Origin: a virus
Lineage: Duplodnaviria; Heunggongvirae; Uroviricota; Caudoviricetes
Virus record (IMG/VR): IMGVR_UViG_2728369608_000005
Length of the DNA stretch: 36,144 bases
Direction: 5' to 3' (one strand)
Below are positions 7,760 through 17,324 of the stretch, piece by piece. How positions within the stretch are numbered: the first letter of the stretch is position 1; the number at the start of each line of letters is the position of its first letter. Under the pieces are notes generated by a model. That model saw only the letters and a program-made list of their open reading frames with translations. It did no database searches and was not told the origin of the DNA. A program made the translations under genes and the position numbers.

Positions 7760-10224
7760 CAGCTGTACCTCCTGCGTTGTTGCTGAGCCAGCAGACGCTC
7801 CAGCATTTTCTCCAGCTCATGCAGGCTCATATTCAGTGCGCCGGTCAACCCGTCAGGCGCTGCGGTTTCTTTGCCATTGAGGAAAAACTGAGGATTAAAG
7901 CTGACCTGGATACCGCCAGATGTTCCGCTGCCAGTTGCAGCTGCGCCACGACCTGAATATCCCGCCGCCATGATTTCCGGCGACGGGATACGGGGAACAT
8001 CCGGTGTCATTTCAGTGGCCAGACGCTGCCCGGCCAGTGCAGCAAGTGGTGTGGTGCGCTGCAGGCCGATAGCGGCCCCCTGCGCAATGTTGTCACCAAA
8101 GCCTATAAACACACGGCTCGGCGAATGAATGCCCAGCTTTTCCTTAAACCAGCCGCCAACACTGTCGCCCATGTCTGTGACGGTAGTTTTGAGCGACTCC
8201 CATTTGTTTTTGATGCCGTTTATTAACCCGTCGATAAGATGGCCACCGAAGTCGGTGAACTTCGCTGGCAGATCAACACCGAGGTATTTCAGCGCAGCCG
8301 CAAAGGCTTTATAGAGCAGACCAACCGGCGACCAGTTAATCAGCAGCTTACCAATCCCCACGACACCGCCATTAAACGCCTCTTTAATGTCAGCCCAGCG
8401 CTGTTTAAACCAGCTACTGACTGCGCCCCAGTTGCGATAAATAAGGTAAGCTGCTGCCGCGACGGCGGTGATGGCGAGACCAATGGGATTCATCAGCAGC
8501 GCCCGGCCAATCCAGAGAACGGCCCGCCCGGCGATCATAATGCCGCGAACCAGCCCACCTGACAGCACACCACCCAGTGTTCTGGCTCCTCTGGCGACGG
8601 CGCTGAAGCCGGTCACCAGCCAGCGGAGCTTACCGCCTTCACCGAGTGCAAGCGACAGTCGAAGCCAGTTGGCCCGCAGTAAAACGGCATTTTTCCAGAC
8701 GTTAACAAAGGGGGAAATAAGGAGATTCAGCCCCAGCTTGAGACCGATAGTGGCCATCTTGAAAGCGAGTAATGCTCCTACAACCTTTATGGAGCCGCTG
8801 ACGATTTGCGGGTTTGCCGCTATCCATTTGCCGACACTGTCCATTAAAGGAATAAAAGTCTCACCCAGTTGGATCAAGGCCGGGCGTAGTGACTCACCAA
8901 TGCTGATGGCTGCCTCGTTAAAACCAATCTGAGTTCTGCGCCAACGACCTTCGAGCGTATTATTTTGTTTTGCAGCATCCTTATCCAGCGTAGACATTGC
9001 TGACGGGGTATTCATTTCCTGCTTGCTGGAAAGGTATTTATCCCAGCCCTGACGCATTGACAGTAAATGGTTAACGGTCTGAATATCAGTGAAGACTTCT
9101 GCCAGACCAAATGACTCCATTAGCTTCTGCTGGCCTTCCTGATCGCCTCTTGAGCCTGCTGCTTTCCATTGCTGTAAAAACGCCTTACCTTTACCGTCGA
9201 TAAAACGGTTGGCAATCATCAGTGAGGCTTCATACTGTGAGAAGCCCTGAGCGACGTAATTCTGCATTGACCCCTGGTAATCCACCCCGGCTTTAGCATA
9301 TTTCTGGATGGTATCTCCGCGCCCCATCGCCGCCAGCCAGTTTGACATATTGGTGACGGCCTCTTCCGCTGAGCCGCTGCCTTTACCAACTTCCAGACTG
9401 GCGACGATCTGGGTTATGGCATCTTTGCCGTAAATACCACGTGCAGCGAAGGCTTTGGCCATACCAGGTAACGCTTTCGCCATATCCTTCAGTTCAAACG
9501 AGCCTAGCTTAGCCCCGGTTGCCGCAATCCCAAACGCCTGCTCCAGCTCTTTCGCATCGGTAATTTTCAGCGCATCGCTAAAGGCGTAGGTCATTTTTGC
9601 GAGGTCAGTCATATCCGCTTTGGTGGCCGTGGCCGCTTTACCGAGCATCCCGGCAAATTTAGCTGCCTGCTCCGGGTTCATACCATCGGCAACTAACTGA
9701 CCAACACCCCCTAGCAGCGACTCCTGGAGCTGATTGACCTGAAGGGATGCCCGACGAATGGCAGTACCGATGGCCTGTTCCTGCCTTGAATCCAGATCAC
9801 CAGTGACACTGATATCCCGCAACTGCGATTCAAACGAGGCATATTGTTTGACTGAGGCCATGACCGGTGCACCCAGTGTTCTGACGATGGCATAGGTTTC
9901 TGCTCCCTGGCCATAGAGCGCCATGCGGTTAGCTTTCAGCGCGTCACTGGTGGTTGATACTGCTGACAAACGGCGCTGCTGGCGCTCAATTTGCTCCATT
10001 GTGCGGCTTACCCGCAGCAGGTCGCTGTTGAGGCGCTGCATCCGGGAAGAGCCTAACTGGCCATAACGTTCAGTTGCACGAGTTAAGGCATTCTGGCGTT
10101 CCTGCAGGCGGCGCGATGTATCGCCCAGGGAATCTAGGGCGCGTCGGGTGCCACTGACGGCTGAGCGGAAGCTGCTCCCGACAATGCCGCCAATAATGAC
10201 GCCGACTGAAAATTCACTGGCCAC
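7759..10224 (-). CDS. Tail tape measure protein
   Basis: 821 aa, Ala/Gly-rich with hydrophobic segments, after the chaperone genes. Confidence 0.85.
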   Translation of the reverse strand: MASEFSVGVIIGGIVGSSFRSAVSGTRRALDSLGDTSRRLQERQNALTRATERYGQLGSSRMQRLNSDLLRVSRTMEQIERQQRRLSAVSTTSDALKANRMALYGQGAETYAIVRTLGAPVMASVKQYASFESQLRDISVTGDLDSRQEQAIGTAIRRASLQVNQLQESLLGGVGQLVADGMNPEQAAKFAGMLGKAATATKADMTDLAKMTYAFSDALKITDAKELEQAFGIAATGAKLGSFELKDMAKALPGMAKAFAARGIYGKDAITQIVASLEVGKGSGSAEEAVTNMSNWLAAMGRGDTIQKYAKAGVDYQGSMQNYVAQGFSQYEASLMIANRFIDGKGKAFLQQWKAAGSRGDQEGQQKLMESFGLAEVFTDIQTVNHLLSMRQGWDKYLSSKQEMNTPSAMSTLDKDAAKQNNTLEGRWRRTQIGFNEAAISIGESLRPALIQLGETFIPLMDSVGKWIAANPQIVSGSIKVVGALLAFKMATIGLKLGLNLLISPFVNVWKNAVLLRANWLRLSLALGEGGKLRWLVTGFSAVARGARTLGGVLSGGLVRGIMIAGRAVLWIGRALLMNPIGLAITAVAAAAYLIYRNWGAVSSWFKQRWADIKEAFNGGVVGIGKLLINWSPVGLLYKAFAAALKYLGVDLPAKFTDFGGHLIDGLINGIKNKWESLKTTVTDMGDSVGGWFKEKLGIHSPSRVFIGFGDNIAQGAAIGLQRTTPLAALAGQRLATEMTPDVPRIPSPEIMAAGYSGRGAAATGSGTSGGIQVSFNPQFFLNGKETAAPDGLTGALNMSLHELEKMLERLLAQQQRRRYS

Positions 10225-10316
10225 GGTTGTTATCCTCTGAAAGCGGAAAAACGGAAGGAAAATGTCTGAGAGCCATGCAGAACAGCCGCGAGGGGCGGCT
10301 GTTAAGTGATGAGTCG

Positions 10317-10574
10317 TTACTGATTGTCGCCGAACTCGCTTTTGATTTGCTCTTCAGCCTGCTCCAGCCACATCTCCAGATCGTCAGTATCGAGGGCATC
10401 AATCTCCCCCGGCTGAAATCTAAACCACCTCGCCAGCAGCCCCTGCGCCTGCATCAGCGTTTTCGTCGCTCTTGCCCAGCCCAGTGACTTGCTGAAATCG
10501 TTTCTGCAGCTCCATGTAATCGGCAAGATCCATGTTATCGAGGTCTTCGGGGAGAATACCGGTGCTACGGGCAA
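10317..10574 (-). CDS. Possible frameshift extension (E-prime-like) of the tail chaperone
   Basis: Overlapping ORF in the +1 frame relative to the chaperone, filling the gap to the tape measure gene; its nominal start codon is TTG. Confidence 0.3.
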   Translation of the reverse strand: MPVAPVFSPKTSITWILPITWSCRNDFSKSLGWARATKTLMQAQGLLARWFRFQPGEIDALDTDDLEMWLEQAEEQIKSEFGDNQ

Positions 10575-10734
10575 TGAGCGGCTCGTCCCAGTCAGCCGGG
10601 TCTTTACTGATTTTGCGCACCTGCTTCAGGTCTTTGACCGTCAGGCGTTTCAGTTCAACCTGCTCAACTCTGGTGCCTGCTGCGGTGGTGAAGGGATAAG
10701 ACAGCTTAAAAGTATCGGATTGGGTCTGTGACAT
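10420..10734 (-). CDS. Tail assembly chaperone (P2 gpE-like)
   Basis: 104 aa, acidic C-terminus, directly upstream of the tape measure gene. Confidence 0.6.
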   Translation of the reverse strand: MSQTQSDTFKLSYPFTTAAGTRVEQVELKRLTVKDLKQVRKISKDPADWDEPLIARSTGILPEDLDNMDLADYMELQKRFQQVTGLGKSDENADAGAGAAGEVV

Positions 10735-10797
10735 GATCGTGCTCCTGTGTAAGTTCAGAGCAGTATGTCTGGAGGTGGACGTGACGGATATTAAAGG

Positions 10798-10825
10798 GGA
10801 TTAAGAAGAAAGGGGCCGAAGCCCC
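10798..10825 (-). terminator. Rho-independent terminator inside the late tail operon
   Basis: Minus strand reads GGGGC-UUCG-GCCCC then UUUCUUCUU; 8 bp after the stop of the 10833..11114 ORF. Confidence 0.55.
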
Positions 10826-10832
10826 TGTGATA

Positions 10833-11114
10833 TCAGTGAGTGCGAAAGCCTTTGCAGTTACGCAGGAAGGCGATAAGAAGCGCCTTTCCTTCAGATTTGC
10901 CGATGCCGGTGAACCAGTGGTCAGGTGGCTCCCATGCCTCAATCAGGTCAGCGAGCTTCCGTGCTTTAGAGCGGGTGCAGTCAATCGGGTCATTGGTTTT
11001 CTGGGTATTAAAAAGGTTTTCCACCCCCGGAATATCAAGGATGGTAAACCACGTACCATTTCCCATGCCAATCGAACCACAGTTCCCGCCTTTATCTTCA
11101 ATCTCGACGGTCAC
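10833..11114 (-). CDS. Hypothetical protein between tube and chaperone genes
   Basis: 93-aa ORF on the operon strand with a GTG start abutting the tube stop; no family recognised. Confidence 0.4.
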   Translation of the reverse strand: MTVEIEDKGGNCGSIGMGNGTWFTILDIPGVENLFNTQKTNDPIDCTRSKARKLADLIEAWEPPDHWFTGIGKSEGKALLIAFLRNCKGFRTH

Positions 11115-11116
11115 CG

Positions 11117-11638
11117 TCAGCCCCCGATATTGATGCGGTAGTCAGTCAACTGGTCAACGCCGCCGACTCGGAAGATGTTGGCCAGATAGTCCAGCTCCAG
11201 CAGCTCTTCACCATCCAGTACCTGCTTGATGTACGTGCAGGTGAAGCTGCTAGAGAACTCGGCGTTCTCGTGCTGTTTGAACGTCCCCAGCGGGTTCTTC
11301 TTGAACATGATCGTCAGGAATGTGACCAGCGGGATTTCGTCAATCAGCCCCTGCGAACTGTAGCGCTGGACGCTGGAACGGCACTGCAGCGCCAGCGACT
11401 TATACGGGTTCGCAGCAGACAGCATCGCGTCGCGGTAAAAGCTGTTCCACTTGATCTCACCCTCCAGCTTGTCGAAGCCTGCCGGGAGTTCCACTTTGCC
11501 CACCATCCCCAGCGCCTTATGCTCCTGCATGGTCATGGAGACGTCCGGGAGTTTGACCTCCTCGGCCCGGCCCAGCAGGTTAGCGCCATCCAGGTAGATG
11601 TTGGCATTCGTGATGCGGTTGATCTCAATCTTTGCCAT
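11117..11638 (-). CDS. Tail tube protein (Mu M / P2 FII-like)
   Basis: 173 aa directly downstream of the sheath gene. Confidence 0.75.
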   Translation of the reverse strand: MAKIEINRITNANIYLDGANLLGRAEEVKLPDVSMTMQEHKALGMVGKVELPAGFDKLEGEIKWNSFYRDAMLSAANPYKSLALQCRSSVQRYSSQGLIDEIPLVTFLTIMFKKNPLGTFKQHENAEFSSSFTCTYIKQVLDGEELLELDYLANIFRVGGVDQLTDYRINIGG

Positions 11639-13065
11639 CAGCTATTCCCCTTCAGGGTTAACAGATATTCCGAGGTGATCTCGGTCTCAAACGTCAGTCG
11701 CTCCAGCGGTGGTGGTGGCGTGTATTTGTAGCTCAGCAACAGGTGACCGGCGGCAAGCTCCGTCTCTTCGTTGCGGGCCGGATCAAACCAGCAGCTGAAG
11801 CCCAGCAGCGCACCGTCGCCAATCAGCTTGCGACCGTAGGCGTTGACCGACTCCGTCAGCGCATCAATCAGCGCCTGGGTAATCGGCATGTCGATGTACT
11901 GCTGGCTGAAGTAACGCAGGGACTCGTTGATCACATCACCGGTACGGCGAACGTTCTCAAAGTTGCGCATATGGGTGACCGTTGGCCATGCCGCCATACG
12001 GTTGCCCCACAGACGCAGGCCGCTGCCGTAGCTGCTGAAGACCGTGGTGATGCCCTGTTCGTTGAGCAGGTTCACCTCGCTCTGCGGGTCGTCAATCATT
12101 GCCGACAGCTGGCGCTCCACGCCGGTGATACCCAGAATTTCCTGGTTGGAGGACGACCACCAGTAGCCCTTGTCCAGGTCGACTTTGGCACGCAGACCTG
12201 CAGCACGCTGGCTCAGCGGCTCCAGCCGTTCGCTGTTGGTGGCCGCGTCGTACACCTTGACGTGCGGGTAGCACAGACGGACGCGGTCGGAGCTGGTGTT
12301 GAAGTTAATGGTGCCTTCCGGGCCACGCCCCGCCAGAGCCTGCGCAAAAGTGGTACCAATCGGCGCGTCGATGTAGGTCACCGCGCCCAGCTTCTCAGCC
12401 ATGGCGATAAGCTCAACCGAGACGCTGTTCTGGGTGCAGAAGACCGGGGCAATCAGTATTTTTGCGAAGTAGCCAAACAGGTTGAAGCTGTCGTTAAGCA
12501 GCTTCATGCCGGTACGGTTGCCCGCAGCGTTAACGGCACCGATGATATCAGCCGGGGTGACTTTAGTTGGATCAGCATAGTTATAGCTGGCCTTCACCGT
12601 TGCATCTGCGGCAATGCTCTTACCAAGGTTGGTAATCACTCCGGTCTGTGCATCAAGCGAGTAGTCCTGACCTTCCACATAAGGCTGGCCATCGCTGTCC
12701 GGTTTTAGTACCAGCTGCGCGACCACCGGATTAGCCAGCTGTGCCTTGCCCGTCGCCTTGTCGAACGTTACATCTTCATCGGCCACAGCGGTTTTATGCA
12801 CAGCCGGATCAAGCACGTTAATGACCAGAACGGTGCCTGCCCCATGGTCGTAGATCGCATCCAGCGCCTGCGGAATGGTAAAACCGGTGAGCTGGCTGCC
12901 AAACGCCGCTGCATCTTTCTCAGACAGGCACTGCACCAGCGTATTGACGTCCCCCATCGGGGCGGTACCAATCAGGCCAATGACGGCAGACTTCACCGTT
13001 TTTACCGGGCGGGCACCGTTTTCCACCTCAATGGTTTCGACGCCATGCAGATAGTTAGCTGCCAT
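11638..13065 (-). CDS. Tail sheath protein (Mu L / P2 FI-like)
   Basis: 475 aa, contractile-sheath size, followed by tube. Confidence 0.8.
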   Translation of the reverse strand: MAANYLHGVETIEVENGARPVKTVKSAVIGLIGTAPMGDVNTLVQCLSEKDAAAFGSQLTGFTIPQALDAIYDHGAGTVLVINVLDPAVHKTAVADEDVTFDKATGKAQLANPVVAQLVLKPDSDGQPYVEGQDYSLDAQTGVITNLGKSIAADATVKASYNYADPTKVTPADIIGAVNAAGNRTGMKLLNDSFNLFGYFAKILIAPVFCTQNSVSVELIAMAEKLGAVTYIDAPIGTTFAQALAGRGPEGTINFNTSSDRVRLCYPHVKVYDAATNSERLEPLSQRAAGLRAKVDLDKGYWWSSSNQEILGITGVERQLSAMIDDPQSEVNLLNEQGITTVFSSYGSGLRLWGNRMAAWPTVTHMRNFENVRRTGDVINESLRYFSQQYIDMPITQALIDALTESVNAYGRKLIGDGALLGFSCWFDPARNEETELAAGHLLLSYKYTPPPPLERLTFETEITSEYLLTLKGNS

Positions 13066-13309
13066 GGGAGTCCTCCGTTTTCACATCGTTGTCGCCGGCG
13101 TTCCTGCGCTTTGGTGACTGCACAACCGGTGTGCTGGCGGGTTTAGTCTCTTCAGATACCGGTGTCAGATGCTTCAGCGCCACCAGTACCTTCACATAGT
13201 CATGCTCCTCCGGCAGGGAAACATTCTTCCCCGGCCAGAGCAGGATTTCGGTTCCGTCCGACAGCGTGACGCCGCTGGCCGGGCCGGAATAGCGGTATTC
13301 TTTCATCAC
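13055..13309 (-). CDS. Hypothetical small late protein
   Basis: 84 aa, overlaps the sheath start by 11 bp. Confidence 0.5.
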   Translation of the reverse strand: MMKEYRYSGPASGVTLSDGTEILLWPGKNVSLPEEHDYVKVLVALKHLTPVSEETKPASTPVVQSPKRRNAGDNDVKTEDSHGS

Positions 13310-13770
13310 TCGCTTTCCTCATAGTTCACTTCGGTTAACAGCGGGCCGGACGGTAAATCGCTGTCTTCGATAAAGACGCTTTCAGTGGCAAAGTCGAGGG
13401 CGTACTGCCACAGCCCCTTGACCTCACCGATAAACACCTCGCGGGTCAGCCAGATGCGACGGCGGCAGTTCGGCGGGGTGTAGCCACCGAGGATGCGACG
13501 GACTGCATCCAGAACGTCAATCGCGCCTCTTTTACCGTTGAGCTGGCGGAAAACTACCGTGACGCAGAGCTGGATAGTCTGAGTCTGGAGCACCGCACCG
13601 ATATCATTCGGCTTATCGAAGCGCGACCCGGCATAGCTCACCAGCAGCGCCCCAACCGGATGATTCAGGCGATACTCAGCCGGTTTCTCCGGGAAGTACT
13701 CCACCTGCAGCTGCGGCAGCTTCTCCCGTAACCGGGTCAGTACTGCATCGAGGACGGGCAGAACGTTCAT
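13306..13770 (-). CDS. Mu gp37-like protein
   Basis: 154 aa in the conserved position between head and sheath genes. Confidence 0.55.
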   Translation of the reverse strand: MNVLPVLDAVLTRLREKLPQLQVEYFPEKPAEYRLNHPVGALLVSYAGSRFDKPNDIGAVLQTQTIQLCVTVVFRQLNGKRGAIDVLDAVRRILGGYTPPNCRRRIWLTREVFIGEVKGLWQYALDFATESVFIEDSDLPSGPLLTEVNYEESE

Positions 13771-14216
13771 CAGTATTTCTCCAGTAAGCCATCGCGCCCG
13801 CCAAAGGTGGGGCGACGTGCCCGCGCCCGGATTTCACCGGACTCAGGCACGTCTTTTTGAGTGGACTGCAGCCCCAGCGTCAGCTTGTTGTCACGCAACC
13901 CCTCCAGCTGTCGCCGGGCCTCTTTGTGGTCATCCTTCACGGTATCCGGGACAGCCCCTTCCGGGCGGCGGGTGTAGAGCCGGTAACGCACCAGCGTGAT
14001 GGCAATGTCCCGCAGAACGGTCGGTATCTCCGCCAGCGGCAGGGTATAGCGTCCGCGCAGATGGGCATCAATCAGTTCATCGGCATAGCGAATACAGCTG
14101 TCCACCACCTCAGTTTTCACCGTCGCGGGCGAGTCGAAGTCCAGCTCCTCATTGGTGAGCTGGATTAGCGTCCGCTCAGGAACCTGTTCAAGCAAATCCG
14201 CGAGGGTGCAGTACAT
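13770..14216 (-). CDS. Mu gp36-like protein
   Basis: ATG at 14216 gives 148 aa abutting the upstream stop; the longer 13770..14399 form would overlap that gene. Confidence 0.55.
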   Translation of the reverse strand: MYCTLADLLEQVPERTLIQLTNEELDFDSPATVKTEVVDSCIRYADELIDAHLRGRYTLPLAEIPTVLRDIAITLVRYRLYTRRPEGAVPDTVKDDHKEARRQLEGLRDNKLTLGLQSTQKDVPESGEIRARARRPTFGGRDGLLEKY

Positions 14217-14217
14217 A

Positions 14218-14574
14218 TCACACCCCGCGCAGGATACGGATAACGTCACCTTCGGCCAGCGCCTCATCCAGCGCAATCCCGGCAGAAATGCCCGCCGGGG
14301 TCTCGCCCGATGCGGCTGTCTGGGGAACGGCGCAGGCATTCTCATCCGACTGGACGTTCTGCCCTTTAGCAATCGCAGCACCAGCCTCGACGGCAACAAT
14401 ACCCAGTACGTTGACCGGCGTTACATCACCGGCAGCAGCATCCACCTCTGCCACACCGAGCGCCACGGCACCGGCCTGACAGGGGCCATTATCGGCACCG
14501 ACAAAGCGCTGTTGCGTCAGCGCCGCGCTGGCCGTCACGGTGGTGGTCAGAATGACCTGTTGAGTTGTACCCAT
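14218..14574 (-). CDS. Hypothetical Ala/Gly-rich head-associated protein
   Basis: 118 aa directly downstream of the major head gene. Confidence 0.5.
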   Translation of the reverse strand: MGTTQQVILTTTVTASAALTQQRFVGADNGPCQAGAVALGVAEVDAAAGDVTPVNVLGIVAVEAGAAIAKGQNVQSDENACAVPQTAASGETPAGISAGIALDEALAEGDVIRILRGV

Positions 14575-14584
14575 GACCGTCTCC

Positions 14585-15538
14585 TTATTTCACGATGTTG
14601 GTGACGAGATACCCGGCATCGCCACCGACCACGGCGACTTTGTAGATATCGGTATAACGGCAGTACTTCACTTTGCCGCCGACACCGTCGTATTTATCCG
14701 CCACCGGCATCCCTTTACGGCGCAGGGTGTAACCGAATGACGGCTCGTTTTCGTCGGCGCTGTCGGTGCCTGGTTGCGGTTTGCCAACGTAATGCAGCAT
14801 CAGGTTGTCACCCCAGATATCGGTCGGGACTTTGTCCTTGTTCTGCGCGTCTTTCATGGAGGCCATGGAGACCGGCTCGCCGATCGCCACATCTTCCAGT
14901 TGGAAAAGGTCTTTCAGAATTTCGATGGTGATACGCTTGCGCTCGTTGGCACCAATCGCGGCCTGAATCGCCGGGTGGAACTTCAGCAGCGACATCACGC
15001 TGGCCCCCATGGTCATCAGGTTCGGACGCAGGCCGGTGGCGTTACGCACCGCTTCGATCCCGCCTTCAATGATGCCAATCGGGTCACCCTTGCCACCGCC
15101 CCAGCGGTCAGCCGCAGCCAGCGCTTTGACGTTAGCTGCGCGATAGACGTTTTTGTCCTGGGCCAGACGGGCCGCATACAGTTCGCGCTTCAGGTTGACG
15201 CCGCTCGTCACACGGCGAATGGCTTTGGCCTCTTCGTTGAACATCGACTCCGCCTGCTCGCGATAGTCCACCGGCGCAGCCAGATCGTGCTCGTTGAGAA
15301 CCAGGTCCAGCTTGCCGGTTTTCTCGCGCACCAGAACGTTACTGTCAGCCCCCACGGCACGCTCGGTGTCGTACTCCACAAAAGCGGATTTACCGAAGGT
15401 CGGCACGGTCACACCTTCCTTATCGGTAAGGACAATGGGGAAGATGCGTTCGCCGATGAACGCGGCATTTTTATAACCGCGTGCGATGCTGGTCAGCACC
15501 GGGTCAACGACGCGCTTACCCTTTAAATAGTCAGACAT
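14585..15538 (-). CDS. Major head subunit (Mu T-like)
   Basis: 317 aa following the I protease/scaffold gene. Confidence 0.8.
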   Translation of the reverse strand: MSDYLKGKRVVDPVLTSIARGYKNAAFIGERIFPIVLTDKEGVTVPTFGKSAFVEYDTERAVGADSNVLVREKTGKLDLVLNEHDLAAPVDYREQAESMFNEEAKAIRRVTSGVNLKRELYAARLAQDKNVYRAANVKALAAADRWGGGKGDPIGIIEGGIEAVRNATGLRPNLMTMGASVMSLLKFHPAIQAAIGANERKRITIEILKDLFQLEDVAIGEPVSMASMKDAQNKDKVPTDIWGDNLMLHYVGKPQPGTDSADENEPSFGYTLRRKGMPVADKYDGVGGKVKYCRYTDIYKVAVVGGDAGYLVTNIVK

Positions 15539-15551
15539 GTTCTCTCCTTAA

Positions 15552-16649
15552 TTACAGGCAGCGGGAGACAGCAGCGTCGTAGCTGATGCCTTCTTTTTTC
15601 GACAGTTCCAGCGCTTTCTGATGCAGCGCCAGACGTTCCGGGTCGGCTTCAGCAAACTCCGCTGACGTCGTTTTGATATCCGTGTTCACGCGGTCTTTGG
15701 TCGCGTGCTCACTGAAATTCAGTACCGGATCAGTGCTGTCCAGCAGCGTCTTAAACGCCGTGGCCAGCGGGGTGCGGGTATCGCCTTCAGCAAACTCAAC
15801 CGGCTTGTCACCTGCAGAAACCGCGTCCAGGATGGCCACGACTACCGACTTCGCTTTGGGGGCCAGGCGGCCATCGCCAACCAGCTTCTCGGCAAAGGAG
15901 ACGTTCTCCGCGTGCAGTTTGTCCTGCTTGCTCTTCGCTTCCTGTTCTGCCCGCTGGGTGGCTTCCGCTTTCAGACGTGTGTTTTCCGCCTGAAGCGCTT
16001 TGATTTCTTCTTCAGTCATGGTGCTGTTCTCTTGTTGAGGGTTGGGATTGTGCTCACTGAAGTCCGGTTCAGACTTCCCGGTGTCGCGGTAAGCCTCTTC
16101 ACGCAGGGAGTCCACCTGCCATGAAGGAAGCACCTTATCGGTCTCGTCCAGCCCGAACTGAGCAATCAGAAAATCGCGCAGACGGCCCCATAAAGAGGCA
16201 TTGGTGATATCACTCCAGTCGGCAAACTCCACGACGCCTTCTTCTTTCTCACCAAACGAAACCTGCTTCAGCCCCTTAATGGAAGGTGGCTGCGCCCCCA
16301 GAAAGCCGACATGACGCAGGTAAAGCGTGCCGGGCTTCGGGTTGTTCGGTGAGTCAGGGAGATAGAACGAGGCGGAGACCTTCTTGAAGCGTCCGTTGCC
16401 CACCAGTTCGGCAAACTGCGGGTCGAGCTGGTCAGGCTCTGCCAGCAGATCGCCGCCGTTAAGCGACAGGGACTTCACCCAGCCCCACGCCGGGTCTTCC
16501 GTTTTTGGGTGGCCAATAACGAGTGGTGCTTCATGGACGGACGGGTCATAGGCTTTCACGCAGGCGGCAAGATCGCTTTGCGTGAACGGCAGTTTCGTGC
16601 CGTGCATATCGGTATGAGTACCGGCTTTAAAAATGTGAATGGCTGGCAT
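15552..16649 (-). CDS. Head maturation protease/scaffold (Mu I-like)
   Basis: 365 aa with a charged coiled-coil C-terminal half; upstream of the major head gene. Confidence 0.75.
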   Translation of the reverse strand: MPAIHIFKAGTHTDMHGTKLPFTQSDLAACVKAYDPSVHEAPLVIGHPKTEDPAWGWVKSLSLNGGDLLAEPDQLDPQFAELVGNGRFKKVSASFYLPDSPNNPKPGTLYLRHVGFLGAQPPSIKGLKQVSFGEKEEGVVEFADWSDITNASLWGRLRDFLIAQFGLDETDKVLPSWQVDSLREEAYRDTGKSEPDFSEHNPNPQQENSTMTEEEIKALQAENTRLKAEATQRAEQEAKSKQDKLHAENVSFAEKLVGDGRLAPKAKSVVVAILDAVSAGDKPVEFAEGDTRTPLATAFKTLLDSTDPVLNFSEHATKDRVNTDIKTTSAEFAEADPERLALHQKALELSKKEGISYDAAVSRCL

Positions 16650-16863
16650 TTTGCTGTCCCGCGTTACGTTGTCGGGGACAGTCTGTGGAAAAAGCGTCAG
16701 CGGCGCTTTTAATCTGCTTTAGAAAAAATCGGGGGTATCAGTACGGGGAATGTCACGCTGCAGGCGAATAGTGGTGCAAAGCGGGGGCTGTAAAGCCTTT
16801 ATAAAGGTAATACAGCCCCTCAGCGGCTGGCAATGATAAATCACCCGCCTGTAGAGACAAAAC

Positions 16864-17322
16864 TCAGCGACGGGCCGCTGCTTCAAGATGGCGGACAATC
16901 GTATCGAGGATGGGGACAACCACTTCAGGCTGCAGTTCACCGTCCCCCGTCAGCGGCAGGAAAGGACGGGCCGGAAGTTCGACGGACTCATTACGCCCCG
17001 TTTTACCCCCACACTGGTGAATAGCGCCGTAAACAACGTTAGTGCCGACAGCAGCCTGCCGGTCATCATGATCGGTTGATACTGACCCCATCAGACGCCC
17101 GGTATCCTGCAGTGTTTGCCCGTCGCGCTCCTGCGCTGCCAGCGAGGGAGTCCACCCCGGACGCCCCTCATCGAGAAAGTTAAACTGCGTTTCCGCCAGC
17201 AGGGTTCCGGCGATTTTGCGCATCGCGGGTTCCAGGTCTGTGGCAGCCAGATCCAGCGCACGGAGGCTCCGGCGCAGGGATTCATCGTTAATGGTGACAT
17301 TGACCAGGTTATCGGAAGCCAT
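16864..17322 (-). CDS. Virion morphogenesis protein (Mu G-like)
   Basis: Internal ATG at 17322 (MASDNLVNVTIN..., 152 aa) with GAGAGGA Shine-Dalgarno; the 241-aa track ORF overlaps F. Confidence 0.7.
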   Translation of the reverse strand: MASDNLVNVTINDESLRRSLRALDLAATDLEPAMRKIAGTLLAETQFNFLDEGRPGWTPSLAAQERDGQTLQDTGRLMGSVSTDHDDRQAAVGTNVVYGAIHQCGGKTGRNESVELPARPFLPLTGDGELQPEVVVPILDTIVRHLEAAARR

Positions 17323-17324
17323 CG

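Noticed and set aside
11743-12708. 321-aa plus-strand ORF antisense to the tail sheath gene
   Set aside because: Lies entirely within a conserved structural gene on the opposite strand; long antisense ORFs are expected in GC-rich coding DNA; no Shine-Dalgarno context.
13770-14399. Long 209-aa form of the gp36-like gene
   Set aside because: The extension overlaps the upstream 118-aa gene and is Arg/Pro-rich; the ATG at 14216 abuts the upstream stop.
14774-15526. 250-aa plus-strand ORF antisense to the major head gene
   Set aside because: Same reasoning; fully embedded in a conserved capsid gene.
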